DNA of 64,000 nt, from the IMG/VR virus record IMGVR_UViG_3300008108_000011, positions 128,733 through 192,732 of that record. One strand, written 5' to 3'. The notes under the pieces are model-generated. The model was not told the DNA's origin and did not search any database. It saw only the letters and a program-made list of their open reading frames with translations. The first letter of the stretch is position 1; every line of letters starts with the position of its first letter. Of this stretch, positions 57,284 to 64,000 are shown piece by piece. Origin of the DNA: a virus. The position numbers and the translations under genes were made by a program.

Positions 57284-59592
57284 GCAACGGTATCAAAGTT
57301 AAAAAGCGTGACGGATCTACAGAATCTCTTAACCTTGATAAGATTCACACGATGGTAGAATGTGCCTGTGGTAGTCTTGCAGGAGTATCGCCATCTCAAG
57401 TAGAAATTCAATCTGGTATTCAATTCTATGATGGCATTACCACAAACGAAATTCAAGAAATTCTTATCAGGTCGGCTAGTGACCTCATCGATCTTGACGC
57501 TCCAAATTATCAGTATGTTGCTGCTCGTCTCCTTTTGTTCGGTTTATATAAGCAAGTCTTTGGAGCTGATTGGAAGCACGGGTTCCCATCTGTAGGAGAG
57601 CATTTGACCAAAGGCATTCTTAAAGGTATTTACGATAAGGAGCTTGCTGGTAAATATACTGACGAAGAGTGGGATAAGATTAATAGTTTTATTGACCACG
57701 ATCGTGACTATCTTTTCACCTATGCTGGTCTTCGCCAGGTGGTAGATAAATATCTGGTGCAGGATAGAAGCAGTGGAAGTGTTTTTGAGACTCCCCAGTA
57801 TGCTTATATGTTGGTTGCTGCCACTATCTTTGCAGAGTATCCCCAAGTAAATCGTCTATCTTATGTCAAGCGATACTACGACGCAATCAGCAAGCACAAA
57901 ATCAACGTTCCCACACCTATCTTGGCAGGGGTTAGAACTCCACTTCGACAATTTGCGAGCTGTGTTCTTGTTGATAGTGATGACACCCTCGATAGCATCT
58001 TTAGCAGTGACATGGCTATTGGTCGTTATGTTGCTCAACGCGCAGGAATCGGCATCAACGCAGGTCGCATCCGTGCTCTCAACAGTAAGATCAGAGGGGG
58101 AGAAGTATCGCATACTGGGGTTATACCGTTTCTCAAAAAGTTTGAAGCGACTGTCAGATGTTGTACGCAGAATGGCATACGAGGTGGATCCGCGACAGTA
58201 CACTTCCCAATCTGGCACAAAGAAATAGAAGATATCATTGTATTGAAAAATAATAAAGGAACCGAAGATAACCGTGTTCGTAAGTTAGACTACAGCATTC
58301 AAATCAGCAAACTGTTCTATGAGCGATTCATCCGTAACGAAGACATCTCTCTCTTCTCACCACATGACGTGCCTGGTCTTTCAGATGCTTTTGGGCTTCC
58401 TGGTTTTGACGAGTTGTATGGCGTTTACGAACGAGATGCTTCTATTCCAAGAAAAACTATTGGCGCTCAAGAACTATTTCTTTCACTCCTAAAAGAGAGA
58501 GCAGAGACTGGTCGTATCTATATTATGAATATCGACCACTGCAATGAGCACTCTTCTTTCAAAGATAAGGTTTGGATGAGTAACCTCTGCCAAGAGATTA
58601 CCCTACCAACCAATCCTCTACAGCACATTGATGATATCAATGGTGAGATTGCTCTGTGTATTCTCTCTGCTGTCAACGTAGGTAAGATTAAGCATCTCGA
58701 TGACTTAGAAGAACTCTGTGACCTATCTGTAAGGGCGCTGGATGAGTTGATTGATTACCAAGAGTATCCCGTGGTTGCTGCTGAAGCATCCACCCGTAAT
58801 CGCCGTTCACTGGGTATTGGTTACATCGGTCTTGCTCACTGGTTAGCTCGTCATCAAGTTAAGTATTCTGATGATTCTGCTGCTCATCTGGTGCATAATC
58901 TTACTGAAGCATTTCAGTACTATTTACTGAAGGCTTCTAATCAACTTGCTATTGAGAAAGGTAAATGTGGTTACTTTAGTCGCACTAAGTATGCAGATGG
59001 AATTCTTCCAATCGATACATATAAAAAAGATGTAGACGAAATCGTTCCACATAATCTCCACTATGATTGGGAAAATCTTAGACAATCCATCTTGGCACAC
59101 GGTCTCAGGAACTCAACACTGTCCGCACAAATGCCTTCAGAGAGCAGTTCCGTTGTGTCAAACGAGACAAATGGAATCGAACCTCCCCGTGCCTTCCTGT
59201 CCGTTAAGAAGTCGAAGAAAGGTGTTCTTAAGCAGATTGTTCCCCAGTATCAATCTCTTAAAAACTACTATACACTTCTTTGGGATATGCCTGGGAATAC
59301 TGGTTATATTAATATTGTTGCAGTTATGCAGAAGTTCTTCGATCAAGCGATTTCTGGAAACTGGTCGTATAATCCAGAGCATTACGAAGATGCTGAAGTT
59401 CCTGTTAGTGTGATGGCACAAGATCTTCTCAACACATATAAGTATGGTTGGAAGACATCTTACTATCAGAATACATATGATATCAAGAAGGAGGAAGACG
59501 ACGAAGAGAAAAAGAAATCAGTGGAAAGTTTACTTAATTCAATTCTAGAAGGAGCACAAGAGGAGGAAGACTGTGACAGTTGCAAAATTTAA
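57280..59592 (+). CDS. nrdA: Ribonucleotide reductase class Ia alpha subunit
   Basis: ATP cone (KKRDG), PTPILAG, ASCVL, SNLCQEI, MPSESSS and C-terminal CxxC; no intron or intein. Confidence 0.98.
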   Translation: MSNGIKVKKRDGSTESLNLDKIHTMVECACGSLAGVSPSQVEIQSGIQFYDGITTNEIQEILIRSASDLIDLDAPNYQYVAARLLLFGLYKQVFGADWKHGFPSVGEHLTKGILKGIYDKELAGKYTDEEWDKINSFIDHDRDYLFTYAGLRQVVDKYLVQDRSSGSVFETPQYAYMLVAATIFAEYPQVNRLSYVKRYYDAISKHKINVPTPILAGVRTPLRQFASCVLVDSDDTLDSIFSSDMAIGRYVAQRAGIGINAGRIRALNSKIRGGEVSHTGVIPFLKKFEATVRCCTQNGIRGGSATVHFPIWHKEIEDIIVLKNNKGTEDNRVRKLDYSIQISKLFYERFIRNEDISLFSPHDVPGLSDAFGLPGFDELYGVYERDASIPRKTIGAQELFLSLLKERAETGRIYIMNIDHCNEHSSFKDKVWMSNLCQEITLPTNPLQHIDDINGEIALCILSAVNVGKIKHLDDLEELCDLSVRALDELIDYQEYPVVAAEASTRNRRSLGIGYIGLAHWLARHQVKYSDDSAAHLVHNLTEAFQYYLLKASNQLAIEKGKCGYFSRTKYADGILPIDTYKKDVDEIVPHNLHYDWENLRQSILAHGLRNSTLSAQMPSESSSVVSNETNGIEPPRAFLSVKKSKKGVLKQIVPQYQSLKNYYTLLWDMPGNTGYINIVAVMQKFFDQAISGNWSYNPEHYEDAEVPVSVMAQDLLNTYKYGWKTSYYQNTYDIKKEEDDEEKKKSVESLLNSILEGAQEEEDCDSCKI

Positions 59593-60634
59593 ACTAACCG
59601 AGACCACCCCATCAGTTGAAGGGATGACTGTTTTTAATACAAAACATGTAGATGTAAAGAAGCAACCGATGTTTTTCGGTGCTCCTCTTGGAATTCAAAG
59701 GTATGATACCTACAAGTATCCTATCTTTGATAAGCTAACTCAACAGCAACTTGGATACTTTTGGAGACCTGAAGAGGTTTCTCTTCAGAAGGATCGTGCT
59801 GACTATGCTACTCTTCGCCCAGAACAAAAGCATATCTATACTTCCAATCTAAAGTATCAGATTATGCTTGACTCTGTTCAGGGTCGCGGACCTGGCATGG
59901 CATTTATTCCCTACTGCTCTCTCCCAGAACTAGAGTCAGCAATGACTATCTGGGAAACAATGGAGATGATTCATTCTCGTTCGTATACATATATTATAAA
60001 GAATATCTATTCTGATCCATCTGAAGTATTTGATACTATTCTTGATGATCAGAATATCCTTGAAAGGGCGAAGAGTGTAACTGAAGGCGCTGTAGTTAAC
60101 GTAAACATTTTAGAGGGAATTAGGTTCTATGTTTCGTTTGCATGTTCGTTCGCTTTTGGCGAACTTAAACTTATGGAGGGATCCGCTAAAATTATCTCTC
60201 TCATCGCAAGAGACGAAAGCCAGCATCTTGTTCTTACACAGAACATTATCAAGAACTGGCTTAATGGGGATGACCCAGACATGCTTCAGATTGCTAAAGA
60301 AGAAGAAGCATGGACAGTAGAACAGTTTAAAAAGACTGTTGATGAAGAGAAAGCATGGGCGCAGTATCTATTCAAGGATGGCAGCATCATTGGATTGAAT
60401 GATAAGTTGCTCAACTCTTACGTTGAGTATATTGCCAACCGTCGTATGCGAGCAATTGGTTTGAAGCCTGTGTTTGATACTCCTATGTCAAACAATCCAC
60501 TGCCATGGACTCAGCACTGGTTATCATCTAAGGGTCTACAAGTTGCCCCACAAGAAACAGAGGTTGAGAGTTATGTCATTGGCGGTATTAAACAGGATGT
60601 TAAGAAAGATACTTTCGCTGGTTTTAAACTGTGA
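59573..60634 (+). CDS. nrdB: Ribonucleotide reductase class Ia beta subunit, with apparent internal in-frame deletion
   Basis: FWRPEEV, LDSVQ, EMIHSRSY, LEGIRFY and RDESQH are present; the segment between SVTE and AVVNVN is missing relative to class Ia R2. Confidence 0.93.
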   Translation: MTVAKFKLTETTPSVEGMTVFNTKHVDVKKQPMFFGAPLGIQRYDTYKYPIFDKLTQQQLGYFWRPEEVSLQKDRADYATLRPEQKHIYTSNLKYQIMLDSVQGRGPGMAFIPYCSLPELESAMTIWETMEMIHSRSYTYIIKNIYSDPSEVFDTILDDQNILERAKSVTEGAVVNVNILEGIRFYVSFACSFAFGELKLMEGSAKIISLIARDESQHLVLTQNIIKNWLNGDDPDMLQIAKEEEAWTVEQFKKTVDEEKAWAQYLFKDGSIIGLNDKLLNSYVEYIANRRMRAIGLKPVFDTPMSNNPLPWTQHWLSSKGLQVAPQETEVESYVIGGIKQDVKKDTFAGFKL

Positions 60635-60753
60635 GAAAAAGAGAGATAGAAAAACTAGAGAAACTTCTAAAGGAAGGTCCGAAGAGTCTATCACAAGCGT
60701 GGATACTCGCAGCACTCAAAAGAAAATTCCAGACCCCTGGTTTAACTGAATAG
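60631..60753 (+). CDS. Small basic protein (40 aa, below cutoff)
   Basis: The GTG overlaps the nrdB stop (GTGA); reads VRKKREIEKLEKLLKEGPKSLSQAWILAALKRKFQTPGLTE. Confidence 0.45.
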   Translation: MRKREIEKLEKLLKEGPKSLSQAWILAALKRKFQTPGLTE

Positions 60754-60782
60754 ATAAATACCTCCATCATGGAGGTTTTTTA
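60754..60782 (+). promoter_or_regulatory. Late promoter core (ATAAATA) abutting a terminator hairpin
   Basis: ATAAATA at 60754-60760; ACCTCCA-TCA-TGGAGGT followed by a T-run. Confidence 0.65.
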
Positions 60783-60784
60783 TT

Positions 60785-61138
60785 ATGAATCCAAGTTCAG
60801 CAAAAGCGAAAGGTCGCCGTCTGCAACAATGGGTAAGAGATAAACTTATTGAGATGCTTGAGGTTCACCCAGAAGATATAGAATCTCGTAGCATGGGTGC
60901 TGGCGGCGAAGACCTTATCATGGCTCGTGCTGCTAGGTTAAAGTTTCCTCATAGCATCGAGTGCAAAAACGTGGAGAAGCTAAATATATGGGATGCCTAT
61001 GAGCAGGCATCTGTCAACTCTGGTGACTATGAACCTCTCGTTGTAATTAAAAAGAATGGAAAGAAACCACTAGCAGTGGTAGACGCAGAGTATTTCATTA
61101 GTTTATTCGGAGAGAAAAATGACTCTAGATCTTCATAA
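60785..61138 (+). CDS. PD-(D/E)xK nuclease, Holliday-junction-resolvase-like
   Basis: SAKAKGRRLQ, GAGGED and SIECKN motifs. Confidence 0.8.
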   Translation: MNPSSAKAKGRRLQQWVRDKLIEMLEVHPEDIESRSMGAGGEDLIMARAARLKFPHSIECKNVEKLNIWDAYEQASVNSGDYEPLVVIKKNGKKPLAVVDAEYFISLFGEKNDSRSS

Positions 61139-61790
61139 CTTTTTTAAATTTTATGATGATGGTAATGCGAATCACGTTGCAGCAGTTCAATGGTTAGAAG
61201 ATAACCTACCTGCTCAATTTTTAGACGATTCGGAGACTGACTGGATTGGTATCTTTAGAACTAAACCACCAACTCCAGCAGTGCTCGATGTTCCATACTT
61301 TAATCAAGTAGATAACTACAGAGATGCACATAGAACCTGTAACAGTTCATCGTGCGCTATGTGCCTTGCTTTCCTCAAGCCAGGAAGCATCAAAGGCGAT
61401 GATGAATACGTTAAGAAAGTATTTGCGATTGGTGACACGACTGACCATGCGGTTCAGACAAAGGTTCTCGCAGGTTATGGTGTTAAGTCACACTTTAGCT
61501 ATAATCTTTCTTTTGCTGACATTGATAAAAGCCTTGATAGAGGTAAACCAGTTGTTATTGGTATTCTCCACAGGGGTTCTTTATCTGCTCCTACTGGCGG
61601 GCACATGTGTGTAGTTATTGGTAAGACACCAGACGGCAAAGGATATTATGTTAATGATCCATATGGTTCACTCAACGATAACTATACTGGTCCTGTAACG
61701 AATGGTAAGAAGACCATTTACACCAAAGCAGTTCTTAAGCATCGTTGGTGCCCAGGTGGCAACGATGGTTGGGGTCGTATTTTTGACTGA
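61119..61790 (+). CDS. C39-like cysteine peptidase (putative endolysin) with shared N-terminal domain
   Basis: Q...TCNSSSCAM, GGH..V..G and VNDPYG form a papain-like triad. Confidence 0.8.
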   Translation: MTLDLHNFFKFYDDGNANHVAAVQWLEDNLPAQFLDDSETDWIGIFRTKPPTPAVLDVPYFNQVDNYRDAHRTCNSSSCAMCLAFLKPGSIKGDDEYVKKVFAIGDTTDHAVQTKVLAGYGVKSHFSYNLSFADIDKSLDRGKPVVIGILHRGSLSAPTGGHMCVVIGKTPDGKGYYVNDPYGSLNDNYTGPVTNGKKTIYTKAVLKHRWCPGGNDGWGRIFD

Positions 61791-61807
61791 TAATAAGGAG
61801 AACAATA

Positions 61808-62479
61808 ATGGCTAGAATCGATTTACACAACTTCTTCAAGTTTTACGACGAGAAGAACCCTAACCATGTAAAAGCAGTTCAATGGTTAGAAGACAATTTA
61901 CCAGTTAAATATCTAGAAGATAACATTGATTGGGCGGAGATTTACAGAGGAAAAAAGGGTAATGCTGCACCAGCTACCGCTGCTGCAGCTTCTGCTCCTG
62001 TAGTAGGTGGTGATGATGTTCCACAAATGGGCATCAAATTAGTAAAAGAGTTTGAAGGATGTAGATTAAATGCTTACCCTGATCCTCTTTCTGGTGGTCT
62101 ACCAATCACTATTGGTTGGGGTTCCACTAGAGATAAGAATGGCAAACCATTTCAGATGGGCGATAGTATCACTCAAGCAGAAGCAGATGAGCTACTGATT
62201 GAAGAAGCAAAACATCACTTCCTTCCTGCACTTCGTAAGATTCCACACTGGAATGAAATGTCAGATGGCAAAAGAGGTGCTCTACTTTCTTTCGCCTATA
62301 ATCTTGGCGCTGGTTTTTATGGTGGTGATAATTTTAATACTATTACTCGTGTTCTAAAAAATAAAGAATGGGATAAGGTGCCCGATGCGCTTTACCTCTA
62401 CAGAAATCCTGGTTCAAATGTAGAAGCAGGATTAGCACGTAGAAGAAAAGCAGAAGGTGAGGCTTGGAAAAAAGGTTAA
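61808..62479 (+). CDS. GH24 lysozyme (endolysin) with shared N-terminal domain
   Basis: EFEGCRLNAYPD...TIGWGST, ALLSFAYNLG and GLARRRKAE motifs. Confidence 0.92.
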   Translation: MARIDLHNFFKFYDEKNPNHVKAVQWLEDNLPVKYLEDNIDWAEIYRGKKGNAAPATAAAASAPVVGGDDVPQMGIKLVKEFEGCRLNAYPDPLSGGLPITIGWGSTRDKNGKPFQMGDSITQAEADELLIEEAKHHFLPALRKIPHWNEMSDGKRGALLSFAYNLGAGFYGGDNFNTITRVLKNKEWDKVPDALYLYRNPGSNVEAGLARRRKAEGEAWKKG

Positions 62480-62497
62480 TCACATTCAACAGGAACA

Positions 62498-62863
62498 ATG
62501 GCAGAACCACAGAAAAAGGAAAAATGTATGAGCACTATTGTTAGAATTACTGTATTGAGTTGGAGTGCTGCTCTACTTACGGCATCATATGCTGGTCTAC
62601 TCGCTAAGATGGATCCAACATTTATTGCTACAGTATTTACAGCTGCTGCTGCAACCTTTGGGGTAGACACTCTAAAGAAAGGAGATGACAAAGATGGAGA
62701 TCAACCTCGTAGAGCCCCTGAGATCACCTCAGTTGAACCAACTCCAGAACCAGAACCTCCAGCAGAACTCGTTGCCGACTCTTCAGCGACCGCAGGTTGC
62801 CCAAACTGTGATTCAGGGGATACCCCAGACTACAGTAGAGCAGCTGCCCGCCCCGAAGTTTGA
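62498..62863 (+). CDS. Two-TM membrane protein, holin candidate
   Basis: Hydrophobic segments IVRITVLSWSAALLTASYAG and PTFIATVFTAAAATFGV; directly after the endolysin. Confidence 0.55.
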   Translation: MAEPQKKEKCMSTIVRITVLSWSAALLTASYAGLLAKMDPTFIATVFTAAAATFGVDTLKKGDDKDGDQPRRAPEITSVEPTPEPEPPAELVADSSATAGCPNCDSGDTPDYSRAAARPEV

Positions 62864-63584
62864 GGCTCCTCCTATAACACAAGGTCTGGCACTTCCTGTT
62901 TTCAGGATGCCAGACCCTTCAATAAAATATCCTGTGATCAATGTTCCGACGCAGGAAGAGTTTGATGCGGCTGTAAAAGCAGAAAGAGAAAAAAATCAAC
63001 CACAAGAACAAGAAAAGAGTAGAGGATTACCTGACGCTAAACCAGTTGAGATGCCACCAGCGATTCAACAGGTAACACCTATAGAAACAAAAGCAGAGAT
63101 ACCAGCAGACAAACCTAGCGTTACTATTGCTGGATTGAATATAGACTTACCAGACCCCTCTCTCGTCGCCACGGCTGGTGCTGTGGCAGTTGTGACGACT
63201 GCTGCTACCATGGCATCTACGGCAGTTCTCAACGTGCTTAAGAATGCTGCTGAACCTATGATACGAGAGGCAACAAAGAATAAGTTTAAAATTAAAATTA
63301 AACAAGTCAAACCAGTTCTACATTATGTCATGTCAGAAGGAGGGCATGTTGATATATTTGAATACTCATCAGAAGGAACTCGTTTGGTAGCACAGACAGA
63401 TAACGTAGAGCAGTATATTCGTGATCAAATAGATACGAATACCCTTTACGAAATAGAGAACAAAGTTATTATTGATGATGTGATGAGTGATAAGTTCACA
63501 AAAGAAGGCAGGGAAAGATTCAAAGGTCTCTTTGCCCCACCTAAAAAGATTGCTAAAAAATTATCTGCTCGCCTTTCTTTTTGA
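62694..63584 (+). CDS. Pro/Gln-rich protein with central hydrophobic helix
   Basis: GGAG ribosome-binding site is well spaced for the ATG at 62694; hydrophobic LVATAGAVAVVTTAATMASTAVL. Confidence 0.6.
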   Translation: MEINLVEPLRSPQLNQLQNQNLQQNSLPTLQRPQVAQTVIQGIPQTTVEQLPAPKFEAPPITQGLALPVFRMPDPSIKYPVINVPTQEEFDAAVKAEREKNQPQEQEKSRGLPDAKPVEMPPAIQQVTPIETKAEIPADKPSVTIAGLNIDLPDPSLVATAGAVAVVTTAATMASTAVLNVLKNAAEPMIREATKNKFKIKIKQVKPVLHYVMSEGGHVDIFEYSSEGTRLVAQTDNVEQYIRDQIDTNTLYEIENKVIIDDVMSDKFTKEGRERFKGLFAPPKKIAKKLSARLSF

Positions 63585-63980
63585 TTCTAGTAAAGCAAAA
63601 TCTTTTTGTTTTGTGCCACCATCATATTCCCAAGCATATCCTTCAGCAATCATTTGATTATTGATAGATGTTGCTTCTCCATTGATATACAGATGACCGA
63701 TGATACGACCATACTTTTCGGTGCTATCAGGTAGTTCTGTTTTGATAATGATATCTTTGGCAAACTCTAATCTATCTTTGAGCCATGCTTTAACTTCAAG
63801 ACCAAGTTTCTTTTCATACGCATCAGTTGTTCTGCTCTCTGGGGTATCGATACCAGCAAGACGAATTCGCTTAGTAAGGGAGATATCAAAACCGAGATCA
63901 ATATCAGCGTCAATAGTGTCGCCATCTACTACCTTGTGAACTGAACGTATTCTATAAATGTAAGGATCTTTGTCTGCCAT
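63561..63980 (-). CDS. Thermonuclease (SNase-like) family nuclease
   Basis: VVDGDTI, IRLAGIDTPE and EKYGRIIG motifs. Confidence 0.9.
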   Translation of the reverse strand: MADKDPYIYRIRSVHKVVDGDTIDADIDLGFDISLTKRIRLAGIDTPESRTTDAYEKKLGLEVKAWLKDRLEFAKDIIIKTELPDSTEKYGRIIGHLYINGEATSINNQMIAEGYAWEYDGGTKQKDFALLESKRKASR

Positions 63981-64000
63981 TAGAAAGGAAACTTAATACT

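Noticed and set aside
60474-60749. 91-aa alternate-frame ORF overlapping the nrdB 3' end
   Set aside because: It largely overlaps a conserved gene; the GTG-started 40-aa frame is more plausible.
1-64000. tRNA genes, CRISPR arrays, group I introns, inteins, homing endonucleases and transposases
   Set aside because: Intergenic gaps are short with no cloverleaf or spaced repeats seen. gp17, gp43, gp41, uvsX and nrdA are continuous and of normal length. A tRNAscan/Infernal run would be needed to exclude these formally.

Overview
This is a 64-kb segment of a T4-like cyanomyovirus (Kyanoviridae-type). A Synechococcus/Cyanobium-type host is inferred from gene content and order, not shown by the sequence. 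Nearly all genes lie on the + strand. The order is: a 5'-truncated giant tail fibre and three lectin-like (LamG) paralogues; an accessory block with a fibre-like protein, two unknown helical proteins, four 2OG-Fe(II) oxygenases and a U32-family/SAM-methyltransferase fusion; the neck-to-capsid module (gp13-gp23, gp3); recombination and replication genes (uvsY, uvsW, gp55, gp47, gp46, a peptidase-VWA protein with a MoxR/CobS-like AAA+, gp45, gp44, dam, gp62, regA, hsp20, gp43, uvsX, gp41, mazG); a late block with a nuclease-like, a KxDG ligase-like and an HxGH nucleotidyltransferase gene plus Lys/Glu-rich putative internal head proteins; primase, nrdA and nrdB; and a lysis-like block. I found no tRNA, CRISPR array, intron, intein or transposase. 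The best candidates for undescribed systems are the U32/methyltransferase/2OG-oxygenase cluster beside the fibres and the nuclease-ligase-nucleotidyltransferase operon. Also notable are modular polyproteins punctuated by prohead-protease-like sites, apparent in-frame deletions in three conserved genes, a perfect antisense sigma70 promoter, and a leader domain shared by two cell-wall hydrolases. Family assignments come from motif recognition and recollection of homologues; no database search was run.
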